Of a stretch of DNA of 38,859 bases, positions 16,315-25,987 are shown in pieces. The notes beneath the pieces are model-generated. The model was not told the DNA's origin. It saw only the letters and a program-made list of their open reading frames with translations, and made no database searches. The first letter of the stretch is position 1, and each line of letters starts with the position of its first letter. The DNA is from a virus (lineage: Duplodnaviria > Caudoviricetes). Location of the stretch: the IMG/VR virus record IMGVR_UViG_3300032318_002324, positions 1 to 38,859 of that record, one strand, 5' to 3'. A program made the position numbers and the translations under genes.

Positions 16315-17109
16315 CTATTTCCATGCAATTTTTACTTCAGATTTACATTCAGAAAACCACCAAGCAACTTCAGAAAAAGTACTAATTGGAGAACCTATAA
16401 GAAAATTATTTTTAGAAAGTAAAAGAAGTTCTACAAAGCAATCAATATTTTCTTCTTTATGAGGATACGTAATTATCCTCTCTTCACCAAACATATCTTT
16501 TAAATGATTAATAGATTCTGTTGAATCTGAACAAACAAAGAAATTATTTTTTGGATATTCATTCATCAATTCAATATACTTGTCAATTCTATGATAAGTA
16601 CCATTTCGTTCTGGAGAATCACACCAAGTTCTAATATGAACAGAAACAGTATTTTGATCAAAGTTTTTTGAAAAATCTTCCACTATTAGATTGATTTTTG
16701 GATTAACACATGACTTAAGTTTCTGAAAGATTGGAATGTATTCTCTCTTTACATTCTCTGGTATTCTTTCATATTCAAAATCAATACATTTTCCTCCATT
16801 TGCTGGAGGAGTAAATGTAACTCCATATTCGTATCTTAGTTTTTGATTTTCAATGAATGAAAAGTTTTCAGGAAGATCATGGTCAAAAACAAAAAGTCTC
16901 CAACATTCCCTATAAAACTTATTTCCTAGGTCTGATGGATTACACTCTTTTAGTCCAACAAAATAATCACTAAATTTTACTTCCTCTTTTTCGTAAGGAG
17001 GAACAACATTTTTGTACCACATTATCTCCACATCACTATCTAGTCTCATACTAGAAGCAACGCATTTGAGTCTATTGGCCAATCCTGATTGTAATTTTGA
17101 AACTATCAT
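16315..17109 (-). CDS. fucosyltransferase-like GT-B enzyme (GT11/GT23 type)
   Basis: GLANRL, SVHIR, FVCSD and STFS..AWW motifs. Confidence 0.7.
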   Translation of the reverse strand: MIVSKLQSGLANRLKCVASSMRLDSDVEIMWYKNVVPPYEKEEVKFSDYFVGLKECNPSDLGNKFYRECWRLFVFDHDLPENFSFIENQKLRYEYGVTFTPPANGGKCIDFEYERIPENVKREYIPIFQKLKSCVNPKINLIVEDFSKNFDQNTVSVHIRTWCDSPERNGTYHRIDKYIELMNEYPKNNFFVCSDSTESINHLKDMFGEERIITYPHKEENIDCFVELLLLSKNNFLIGSPISTFSEVAWWFSECKSEVKIAWK

Positions 17110-18269
17110 AACTCTTTTAATATATCATTTAGGATATTCAATTCCCTTCTACCAACAAAATGATTGTTTCCTAAGTATACTCCATTGTTGTGAATGATGT
17201 CAACATCAAGATTTTTTTTACAACTTACAATTTTGTATTGTTTTAAATATGGTTGTTTAAGGAGATTTCCACCTATTATAGGTCTATGCTCAACACCATA
17301 AATTTCACACAAATTCTTAAATCTTAAAGCATTTTCGGATTTATGAAAAACTAATGGGAAACAGAAACTACTAATCCCGTCAGGAACTATAGGGACATGA
17401 ACTTTATCACAATAATTTGAAAGTATCTTTATGAATTTTTTATAATTTTGATTTCTTTTTTGAATCATCCAATTCAATCTTTCTAACTGAGATAATCCTA
17501 AAACTGCACACATTTCATGGTTTCTAAAATTATACCCATCTGTAACAAAAAGAAATTCTTTGTCTAAGTCTTGATACATATCAAAATAGAATTGCTTATT
17601 ATCAGACTCTCTTGCTAGTCCATGACTTCTCTTTAATCTCATTAAATTATAAATTTCATCATCATTAGTAGAAATTATTCCACCCTCAATGGTAGACATA
17701 TGGTGTCCAAAATAAAAACTAAAAGTTGCACCCAAACTATCAGATCCAACTTTAGTTCCATTATCATCTAAGCACCCGTGAGATTCACAAACATCATCAA
17801 TAAACAAAGCATGGGGAAAGATTTTTTTGTATCTTTCAACATGAGCAGGAAACCCCATAAGATGGGTTGTGAATACCATTTTAATATCAGAATATTGATC
17901 AGCAATATATTGAAGGTCCTTCTCACAATAAGTGAATGTATTATAATTCACATCACAAAAAATTGGTTCAAATCCTAACTGAAAAACAGGGTTGATATTA
18001 GTCACCCAAGTACAAGCAGGAACAACTACTTTATCACCTGTTTTCAATCCATAAATTTCCTTTACTGCTGCCAGTAAAAGATAGTTTGCAGTGCTACCAG
18101 AGGAAACATAAAGAGAATACTTTGACCCAACCCATTCGGACCAAGCAGATTCAAGTTCTCTAACTTTAGGTCCATTTGTGAACCTATTAGATGTCATACA
18201 AAATTTTGCCATTCTGACTCTATCAATAAGAGTCATATTATCTTTCATCAATGGCCACTTATACATCAC
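17106..18269 (-). CDS. colD: DegT/DnrJ-family PLP enzyme, GDP-4-keto-6-deoxymannose 3-dehydratase-like
   Basis: SSGSTAN, DDVCESHG; SFYFGHHMSTIEGG has His in place of the Schiff-base Lys. Confidence 0.75.
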   Translation of the reverse strand: MMYKWPLMKDNMTLIDRVRMAKFCMTSNRFTNGPKVRELESAWSEWVGSKYSLYVSSGSTANYLLLAAVKEIYGLKTGDKVVVPACTWVTNINPVFQLGFEPIFCDVNYNTFTYCEKDLQYIADQYSDIKMVFTTHLMGFPAHVERYKKIFPHALFIDDVCESHGCLDDNGTKVGSDSLGATFSFYFGHHMSTIEGGIISTNDDEIYNLMRLKRSHGLARESDNKQFYFDMYQDLDKEFLFVTDGYNFRNHEMCAVLGLSQLERLNWMIQKRNQNYKKFIKILSNYCDKVHVPIVPDGISSFCFPLVFHKSENALRFKNLCEIYGVEHRPIIGGNLLKQPYLKQYKIVSCKKNLDVDIIHNNGVYLGNNHFVGRRELNILNDILKEL

Positions 18270-19191
18270 AATTCCTCAAATACCAATCGTATGTTTTATT
18301 TAACCCTTCTTCCAAATCTATAGAATATTTCCACCCAAAATTCGTCAATTTATCAACATTTAAAAGTTTTCTAGGAGTACCATTTGGTTTAGAAATATCC
18401 CAATTAATTTTACCAGTATATCCTACAATATTAGAAATTTTTTCTGCTAGTTCTTTAATGGATATGTCAATTCCTGTACCAACATTCACAATATCTGAAT
18501 CTTCATAATTTTCCATACAAAACACAGAAGCATCAGCAAGATCATCTACATGAAGAAATTCTCTGTAAGGACTTCCATCACCCCAACATTCAACACAAGG
18601 TTCATTATTTATTTTTGCTTTATGAAATCTTGCAATAAATCCAGGAAGAACATGAGATGTTATTGGATCAAAATTATCATTAGAACCATAAAGATTTGTA
18701 GGCATTAATGAAACAGTATTAAATCCATATTGTTCTTTATATGCTTGACACATTTTAATTCCTGCAATTTTAGCAAGAGCATATCCATCATTAGTGGGTT
18801 CTAGAGGACCAGTCATTAACTGATCTTCAGTAATTGGTTGAGTTGCAAACTTGGGATAGATACAAGAAGATCCAAGAAACAAAAGTTTCTTAACTCCATA
18901 ATTATAAGAACTTTGAATAATGTTAGTTTGAATCTGTAAGTTTTCAGTTAGAAACTCTGCCTTATGATTATTGTTTGCCATAATACCACCAACTTTAGCA
19001 GCAGCAACAAACACATATTCTGGTTCTTCAGAACAAAAATATCTTTCTGTTTCTTCTTGGTTTGTAAAATTAACATCTTCACGAGTTCCTTTTACAATAT
19101 TTTTATATCCTTTATTCCTCAAATTTCTAATAATAGCAGACCCAACCATTCCGTTGGCACCTGCAATAAGTATTTTAGAATTAAATTTCAT
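18259..19191 (-). CDS. fcl: GDP-L-fucose synthase (Fcl/ColC family)
   Basis: GANGMVG, AAAKVGGI, LGSSCIYPK, MPTNLYG, REFLHVDD. Confidence 0.95.
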   Translation of the reverse strand: MKFNSKILIAGANGMVGSAIIRNLRNKGYKNIVKGTREDVNFTNQEETERYFCSEEPEYVFVAAAKVGGIMANNNHKAEFLTENLQIQTNIIQSSYNYGVKKLLFLGSSCIYPKFATQPITEDQLMTGPLEPTNDGYALAKIAGIKMCQAYKEQYGFNTVSLMPTNLYGSNDNFDPITSHVLPGFIARFHKAKINNEPCVECWGDGSPYREFLHVDDLADASVFCMENYEDSDIVNVGTGIDISIKELAEKISNIVGYTGKINWDISKPNGTPRKLLNVDKLTNFGWKYSIDLEEGLNKTYDWYLRNCDV

Positions 19192-19213
19192 TTTTATTAT
19201 CCCAAATCAATTT

Positions 19214-19873
19214 TCATTTATAAAATAAAACATCAATTGCAACTAAAGTTCCAGTTTGCCAATTACTGCAAGTTGATTGAACTCTTAGTTCTTCTACAAT
19301 TTCATATTTTAAAAATCCACATTTTTTCATTTCATCAACAATTTGTTTAAAATTACATCCACCACTATTATATTCAAGAGTAGAATCATTTTCAGTATAT
19401 GGACATTCACACAAAACAAAAGATGCTTTGGAAATAGTATTTTTTCCTCCACGTATAACATCCATTTCCGATCCTTGCACATCAATTTTTACAAAATCAA
19501 AAATAATATCTTCATCAGATAAAATTTCATCTAATAAGGAAGTTTTTAATTTTATTTCATTTGCTCCAATATAAGCAAGTCCATTTTCTTTATAGTAAGA
19601 AGCCCCAGTACAAACTGGATTATTTTTATTAATATAAAAAGTTACTTCTTTATTTTCATCACTTAATGCAGCAATACAATATTTATTGCCCGTATTTTCT
19701 AAAAATTGTTCACAGTAAGGATTTGCTTCTACCATGTAAATGGTAGAGTCTTGAACTATACTCTTACAAAGATTAGAAAATGCTCCAACGTTTGCTCCAA
19801 TATCTAAAATATTTTTAATATTATTATTGAGTAATAATTTACTTAAAAAATTTTGCTGGATAGGTGTTGTCAC
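19214..19873 (-). CDS. FkbM-family methyltransferase
   Basis: LDIGANVG, EAN, KIDVQGSE. Confidence 0.88.
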   Translation of the reverse strand: MTTPIQQNFLSKLLLNNNIKNILDIGANVGAFSNLCKSIVQDSTIYMVEANPYCEQFLENTGNKYCIAALSDENKEVTFYINKNNPVCTGASYYKENGLAYIGANEIKLKTSLLDEILSDEDIIFDFVKIDVQGSEMDVIRGGKNTISKASFVLCECPYTENDSTLEYNSGGCNFKQIVDEMKKCGFLKYEIVEELRVQSTCSNWQTGTLVAIDVLFYK

Positions 19874-20826
19874 AAATAAACCTCTTTAAATTTTTTCATG
19901 ATTGTCTCTGGATTAAATTGTTTATATTGATTCCAATCTAAAGAACTTATTTCCTCTTTATCTAAATTAAAAAATATATGAAGTAGTTCTGTTGGATTGC
20001 CATAGTATATTCCCTTTTCATCAAGTAAGTCAATATGACTTGTTTCTGGAGATCCAGTAAAAGTTATAACTGGTTTATTTCTCAATGAAAATTCAGCACA
20101 AGAAACTCCAAATGATTCACCACCCATTCTAGCATGAATCATTCCATCACAACTGTTAATAAATTTTACCTTAGTAATCTCACAAGAAGATCTTGGTAAA
20201 TGAATAACTCTTTCATGATTTATAAATTTTTCAGTATTCTGGAATAAAAACCAAATATCACTTCTTTCCTCTAAAGATCTGACGATACACTGTTTTACCC
20301 AATCAATATCAAAGGTTTCATACCCACCATTTCTACCCAAAACCAAAGCATCTTTAGGTATTCCCAACTCATCACGCATATTGTCATTAACATCTGGAAG
20401 AATAACAACATCAGAAACATAAGGAATTGTATATCCCGTCAATTTAGAAAGCCATTCGGATCCCATAGCATAAACATCTCCATGGACCCAATCTGGTTTC
20501 CACCAACCAGAACAAGCATTTATTAAATTTTTACATTCTCTAGAAATAATTCCATCAGGTGATCCACCCTTTTTCATAAAAAAGTATTCGCATTTTTGTT
20601 CTTTTAAAATTTTATCAATTTCAGAAGAATCTGAATAACCAAATACTTGAAATTGTTTTGCACATTTTTCATATCCTTCATTTTCATTATTTTGATTAGA
20701 AGAATTGTACATAATAATTGGATCCAATCCAAGCATTTCTCTACCCCAATATGCAAAATTATAAATGCAAGTTGTTGTTCCTCTTACAGTAAGGCAATTA
20801 TCATGAAAGGCTATTTTATTTTTCAT
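19870..20826 (-). CDS. GT-B glycosyltransferase
   Basis: RGT near the N-terminus; CDGMIHAR..GESFG...AEF...KPVIT. Confidence 0.75.
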   Translation of the reverse strand: MKNKIAFHDNCLTVRGTTTCIYNFAYWGREMLGLDPIIMYNSSNQNNENEGYEKCAKQFQVFGYSDSSEIDKILKEQKCEYFFMKKGGSPDGIISRECKNLINACSGWWKPDWVHGDVYAMGSEWLSKLTGYTIPYVSDVVILPDVNDNMRDELGIPKDALVLGRNGGYETFDIDWVKQCIVRSLEERSDIWFLFQNTEKFINHERVIHLPRSSCEITKVKFINSCDGMIHARMGGESFGVSCAEFSLRNKPVITFTGSPETSHIDLLDEKGIYYGNPTELLHIFFNLDKEEISSLDWNQYKQFNPETIMKKFKEVYL

Positions 20827-21461
20827 TTTATTTTATATAAAAAATCATTTCCAGACATTCTTTCAACTACTTCATAATTTTTATTTTTCATATAATTTGT
20901 TATAATATCAATTCTATTTTGATCTGTTGTCGTTTCAATTAAACAATAAGTTGGAGAAAATTTTTCAAAATCAATTCCATTTAAAACTGATATTTCATAC
21001 CCCTCAACATCCAAAGACAAAAAATCGACTTTAGTTATATTATGTTTTTCTAAAAGTTTAGTCAAAGTAATTGCTGGAACTTTAATTAAATCATATTGTT
21101 CCTTTCTTTCATTTTTATGGAAACGAAGTGATTCATCGCAATAATCTCCCTCATCCATTACCATACCAGTTAGACTATTAAAATAGTCAGCATGAAGAAA
21201 ATCTCCTTCAATAAATTCATCTGTGTAGTTTTCACTTACAAGAGCATAATTTTCAACAATGGAGTTTGGTCGATTTGACAAACACTGTTTATATTTTGGA
21301 ATATTTGGTTCAACAAGAAGTCCCTTCCAATTATATCTCTGCTCATATAGAAAGGTGTTTGATTGACTAATCCCATCATTTGCACCTGCTTCAATAAAAA
21401 ATCCATTTTGAAAATTTAAATACTTAAGTAAATTTTCATCTAAGTTGTCTAAAGAATACAT
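20823..21461 (-). CDS. FkbM-family methyltransferase
   Basis: FIEAGANDG..QSNT, WKGLLVEP, LSLDVEGYE. Confidence 0.9.
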   Translation of the reverse strand: MYSLDNLDENLLKYLNFQNGFFIEAGANDGISQSNTFLYEQRYNWKGLLVEPNIPKYKQCLSNRPNSIVENYALVSENYTDEFIEGDFLHADYFNSLTGMVMDEGDYCDESLRFHKNERKEQYDLIKVPAITLTKLLEKHNITKVDFLSLDVEGYEISVLNGIDFEKFSPTYCLIETTTDQNRIDIITNYMKNKNYEVVERMSGNDFLYKIK

Positions 21462-21464
21462 AAT

Positions 21465-21496
21465 TTTTACTTAACAATAATTTTACTTAACAATAA
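21465..21496. repeat. perfect 16-bp tandem duplication
   Basis: TTTTACTTAACAATAA twice, spanning a stop codon and the whole intergenic spacer. Confidence 0.85.
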
Positions 21497-22151
21497 TACC
21501 AAGTCTATTATTTTCTTGAACTTCTGTTGGAATCGGAAGAACGACAGTTTCCACATAATAATATTCAGAAGAGTCTACCAATTCACTAAACCATTTTTCA
21601 ATATTGTCCAAATAATCTTCACTAATATCTTCCAAGATATAAATTCCACCTTTCTTTAATTTATGAATAGAATTTTCAAAGAAATTTCTATTTGCATTAT
21701 ACTCATGCAATCCATCATCAATTAGAATATCAAATTCAATGTTTTTTAATTTTGGATTGTTCCAACATTTTTTAATAATTTTTTTATCAGTTTGATCTGT
21801 ATGAAAAGTTTTTATTCTTTCTTCTTCAAAAAGACATCCAGCATCAACGTCAGCACCATACACCATTGAATTTTTAAAGTAATCTCTCCAACCTCTAAGA
21901 GAAGCTCCAGGTCTACCGTGAGATCCCATATTTGATGGAATACTTGTATTATTAGTTCCCAAACCAACTTCAAAAATATTCAAATTTTCATCTTTGATGT
22001 GAGAAAAAATATAATCATAAAACGTACTATAGTTGTGATGATTTCCCTTATCAGATCCATACATACTAAACAAACGACATAGATCTGTGGTTTTACCATA
22101 TACTTCATTTTCAAAGTATAAATCAATCATTTCATTTATGTTTTTAAACAT
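21483..22151 (-). CDS. SAM-dependent (sugar O-)methyltransferase
   Basis: GSDK..H.Y, FEVGLG, GASLRGW..YF, FDILIDDGLH, LKKGGIYILED. Confidence 0.8.
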   Translation of the reverse strand: MFKNINEMIDLYFENEVYGKTTDLCRLFSMYGSDKGNHHNYSTFYDYIFSHIKDENLNIFEVGLGTNNTSIPSNMGSHGRPGASLRGWRDYFKNSMVYGADVDAGCLFEEERIKTFHTDQTDKKIIKKCWNNPKLKNIEFDILIDDGLHEYNANRNFFENSIHKLKKGGIYILEDISEDYLDNIEKWFSELVDSSEYYYVETVVLPIPTEVQENNRLGIIVK

Positions 22152-22169
22152 TTTATAAACCTCAAAAAA

Positions 22170-22907
22170 TTATTTAGGAATAGATCTTGTGGCCCATATT
22201 GGATAATTTTTTCCCCTAACTTCCCAGTCGGGATCCCAATATGTTTCATCATTAATATAATACATGTTATATTTTTTCATTGCACAGGATAGTAAAGATT
22301 GCTCTCTGCTATGTCTCTTTAACAAAGGATTTGGTGTATACCCATTATCATTCCTATCGTCAATATAATAGTAATTTTTTTCAATGCATATGTTTTTCAA
22401 TTCTAATACTCTTTCTCTATTAAAAGTATTATTCTTAAGAAAAAAACAAGTGGCCATTATTTGATTGGTTTCCCAATGACCTTCTCCTGGATTTATTCTA
22501 TCAAAAGTATCCCTCTTTGTCCAGTATTTTTCTTGAAGATCTCCAATCATTTGAAATCCTAAAGATCCCTTTTTATCAACAATATCAATATATTCTTTTA
22601 GTCTAGTCAATCCATTTCTATTAAATTGACACCCAATATCAACATAAAAGACTTGATCATTCTCATCAATCTTTTCCATTAATTTTTCTAACAAGAAAAA
22701 TTTCCAAAGACAATGACCAACTCTAGGAACACCACTCATCATATATTCAGTATGATTATGAAGTTCTGGAGCAAAATTCCAAGCATCATTACTAAAAACA
22801 TTTACAGTATCAAACACACTCATTTGATAAGATTGGTACTTAAATCTGTTTATTGATGTTGAAAACTTATCAAAGGGATAAGCAAAGCCCAATAAATGTA
22901 TTTTCAT
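22170..22907 (-). CDS. glycosyltransferase-like hypothetical protein
   Basis: LWK, YVDIGC, WTKRD and H.REQSLLS motifs; island context. Confidence 0.55.
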   Translation of the reverse strand: MKIHLLGFAYPFDKFSTSINRFKYQSYQMSVFDTVNVFSNDAWNFAPELHNHTEYMMSGVPRVGHCLWKFFLLEKLMEKIDENDQVFYVDIGCQFNRNGLTRLKEYIDIVDKKGSLGFQMIGDLQEKYWTKRDTFDRINPGEGHWETNQIMATCFFLKNNTFNRERVLELKNICIEKNYYYIDDRNDNGYTPNPLLKRHSREQSLLSCAMKKYNMYYINDETYWDPDWEVRGKNYPIWATRSIPK

Positions 22908-23758
22908 TTTAAAATATTAATAAAGAATTTTCTAATTGGATCTAAGGTTACTTTATTTAAAAATAAAGGTTGGTTTTTAAATTTATTATAAAGTTTATCA
23001 TTATTATCAATTTCAATTACCTTTTCAAGCATTTCACTCATAGACATGTTTAATGTATTGATGCAACATTTTTCATTAAAATCTTCAGATAATTTCTCAT
23101 CAGCATAATAAATTGGTATATTTCCAGCAAGTTTAGAATGAAAAAGTTTCTCAGTAAAATATCCAGGATATATGGAGTGTTCAAAACATATTGAAAATTT
23201 ATAATCAGAAATCAAATCCATTTTTTGTTTTTCACCATCGGGCAATACTATACAATTTTGATATTTTCCATACACATCTACTTTTTTGTAGGTGTTCAAT
23301 GTATTAATGGCATCAATTCTATTTTGAACTCCTCTTCCAAATACAATTGAACAAAATTTATTTTTTTCCTTTAATGTAAATTCATTATCTCCATACAAAT
23401 AATTTTCAGGAATTAAATACTCTGGATTGCCATATGTACCAACATTAAACCAATCAATATGCATCATCCACAAAGGAAATCTAAAATTTTTTCCACCATA
23501 AGAATCAAAATCAAATGTCAAAGAATAATCAAAACTTTTTAAATTGGGTCTTACATTTTCTCCAGCATATTGAATTCTAATGCAATCCTTAAATCTAGTA
23601 TAATCAATACCAAATCCCAAAGAAAAAATTACATCAGCATCTTCTGGATCAGATACACTTACATTTTCAAATATTTGACGTAATAAATGCAAAAAGAAAT
23701 TATTATGAGGATCAAATGAATTTGGATATTTCCAATAATCTAAAAATGAAATTTTCAT
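22904..23758 (-). CDS. alpha-1,3-fucosyltransferase (GT10)
   Basis: GEN.RP and YKFSICFEHS..PGYFTEKL.....AGNIPIY. Confidence 0.9.
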   Translation of the reverse strand: MKISFLDYWKYPNSFDPHNNFFLHLLRQIFENVSVSDPEDADVIFSLGFGIDYTRFKDCIRIQYAGENVRPNLKSFDYSLTFDFDSYGGKNFRFPLWMMHIDWFNVGTYGNPEYLIPENYLYGDNEFTLKEKNKFCSIVFGRGVQNRIDAINTLNTYKKVDVYGKYQNCIVLPDGEKQKMDLISDYKFSICFEHSIYPGYFTEKLFHSKLAGNIPIYYADEKLSEDFNEKCCINTLNMSMSEMLEKVIEIDNNDKLYNKFKNQPLFLNKVTLDPIRKFFINILK

Positions 23759-24387
23759 GTGCTTGAAACCTGAGTATGTACAATGCTTGATTTAAATGAA
23801 CCAGTTTCACTTTTTTGTCTTATTGCTGGTTCAACCCAACCTATTTTTAAATTTTCTTTTTTAATTATATAATTAAATTTATGATCAATTGGATAATTAA
23901 TTATATTGAGATTTTTTGTTATTTGTTTTGCTGCACTTAATGTAAAAATCATTGCATGAGCACATCTTGTTAATTGACCTTCTTTATAGTAAATCAATTT
24001 ATCATCAGTAATATTATCAAAATGAATTCCACAACAACTACCAAGCATCAATCCATCCAATTTTGGTTGATATGAAACAAATTCATTCATGCATTTTTTT
24101 AAATAATCATTAAAATCATTAGGCAAATCAACATCATCTTCTAGTACTAAAGTATAATCAAAATTATTTTTTACTTGTTCATTTAGACAATATTGATGCT
24201 TCAGATAGATAGAAATTTCAGAATCATTAATATTTCCAATAACTCTTTTATATTCATATTCAATTTCATCTGGAAGATAATTTTCCACCCATTCCACATC
24301 AATACCATTTTTAATAAAAAATTTTTGTAGTTTTTCTTTTCGTTCAATTAAAGGTTTGTGGTGACAAACAAAAATTTTATCAATCAT
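23755..24387 (-). CDS. glycosyltransferase family 25-like
   Basis: ER...L, EIS..LKH, LVLEDD, PIDH. Confidence 0.75.
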   Translation of the reverse strand: MIDKIFVCHHKPLIERKEKLQKFFIKNGIDVEWVENYLPDEIEYEYKRVIGNINDSEISIYLKHQYCLNEQVKNNFDYTLVLEDDVDLPNDFNDYLKKCMNEFVSYQPKLDGLMLGSCCGIHFDNITDDKLIYYKEGQLTRCAHAMIFTLSAAKQITKNLNIINYPIDHKFNYIIKKENLKIGWVEPAIRQKSETGSFKSSIVHTQVSST

Positions 24388-25247
24388 AGTCTTTTCAAAA
24401 TATTTTTAAACATTCCTTCAAGAGTAAAGTACTCCTGATAAACTCTTTTACCATTTTCCAATAACTTATTATATTCTACATCATCTATTGATTTTAGTAT
24501 AGTATCAATATCTTCAATCTCATCTTCATTTACAGGAACACAAAAGTCATTCCAATCCAATTCATCAGTCCAAGGAAGATAATGAACATCTGAAATATAA
24601 ACTGGAACAGTTCCCAATTGAAGAATTTCATACATTCTAAAACTACTCTTCCCATACCCTCTTGGAGCAAGTCCAAATTTGCTAGAGCAGGTTATGTCCA
24701 GAAACTTCTTAAAGTTGTCCATAGGGACTGTCGTAGACCAGTTTCCAGCAGAAATCTCATACCCTTCCTTTCCAGATAAATGATTACACATATCCATACG
24801 AATAGGATGAGTATTTCTAGAACCAACAAAAGAGGCAAAAATAGTTTTTTCTTTATTTGGTATCAACTCTTTTGGAATTGAATTACAAATCAAAGGAATA
24901 GGAATAATATTATCACCTTCACGATTACCACCAGCAGAAAAAATTAAAGTATCCTCTGGAAATTTTTCAAAAGGTCCGTCATCAAATTGAGATACTGTAA
25001 AATATTTTCCATCTTTGTTTAAAACGGAGTCTAGTTCTTCTTGAATATTATGATATTGCTTTCCAGCAAACATTGCATTACAGAAAACATTTGTCCAAAA
25101 AACATCGATATATTTTCTATCAGAAGAAATATTTTCCTCGTTCCACCTCTTAAAAAAGTATTCTTCAAGATATTCTCCAGTGTGATATGGAGGATATGTT
25201 GGAGATACTGATGCAACTCTTAGTGCATCATTTTTCATAAGAACCAT
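24384..25247 (-). CDS. exostosin-like (GT47) glycosyltransferase
   Basis: SKFGLAPRGYG.SSFRMYE....GTVPVYISD...LPW...LDW. Confidence 0.82.
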   Translation of the reverse strand: MVLMKNDALRVASVSPTYPPYHTGEYLEEYFFKRWNEENISSDRKYIDVFWTNVFCNAMFAGKQYHNIQEELDSVLNKDGKYFTVSQFDDGPFEKFPEDTLIFSAGGNREGDNIIPIPLICNSIPKELIPNKEKTIFASFVGSRNTHPIRMDMCNHLSGKEGYEISAGNWSTTVPMDNFKKFLDITCSSKFGLAPRGYGKSSFRMYEILQLGTVPVYISDVHYLPWTDELDWNDFCVPVNEDEIEDIDTILKSIDDVEYNKLLENGKRVYQEYFTLEGMFKNILKRL

Positions 25248-25900
25248 AGGTTTTCATCCTTAAATTTTTGCATTTTAATTTCAACACCAACCATCCAATT
25301 ATTGTGAACTATTACAGCATTTTCTTTTTTGTCTTCATTATAGTACACATGTCCGTTTGGAAACAAGTCTGGACTCAATATTGCAATATGATCTCTATAT
25401 TTTTTTAAAGCAATCTCATTTACAATCAATTGGTCATCTTCAAATTCATTTGAACCACATTCATTTACCAAAGATTCACATTCTTCAGTATCATTAAAAA
25501 CCATAAATCCAGAGCAAAGAGTAGAACCTGGACTATCTGATTGAAATAAAATTTCTTCGTGCCCTTCAATTAATTCGATTGGATTTTCAACAAATACAAT
25601 ATCAGTATCTACCCAACATAGATTTTTATTTTCTTGATAAATCTTCCTAATAATAGACCATTTAATTTTAACAATATTTCTAAAACCACTTTGACTATCA
25701 AAAGTCCAATCTTGATATTCCGTAATTGGTTGATCTATATGAAGAAAAGCATTTTTATATTCTTTTAGATTTTCATATGCATTAGAATCCAAACAAGCAA
25801 TATAAAAATCATCCATATTAATTCCTACCTTTTCAGCAGAAATTAACATATTTTTGCATATATCAATGCATCCACTATTCAGAAATGTAAGAAACTTCAT
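25235..25900 (-). CDS. nucleotide-diphospho-sugar transferase (GT77-like)
   Basis: WVDTDIVF..NP, LCSGF, DDQ...N, FPNG, VHNNW..G...K. Confidence 0.82.
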   Translation of the reverse strand: MKFLTFLNSGCIDICKNMLISAEKVGINMDDFYIACLDSNAYENLKEYKNAFLHIDQPITEYQDWTFDSQSGFRNIVKIKWSIIRKIYQENKNLCWVDTDIVFVENPIELIEGHEEILFQSDSPGSTLCSGFMVFNDTEECESLVNECGSNEFEDDQLIVNEIALKKYRDHIAILSPDLFPNGHVYYNEDKKENAVIVHNNWMVGVEIKMQKFKDENLWFL

Positions 25901-25987
25901 TTAACCTTTACTCTCAAGATTTCGAACGATTGCTGACCCAACCATTCCATTAGCACCAGCAACTAAAATTCTAGAATCATTGTCCAT
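25901..25987 (-). pseudogene. fcl: truncated 5' remnant of a GDP-fucose synthase gene
   Basis: [28 protein letters not shown]; 20/28 identical to the N-terminus of the intact gene at 18259..19191. Confidence 0.85.
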
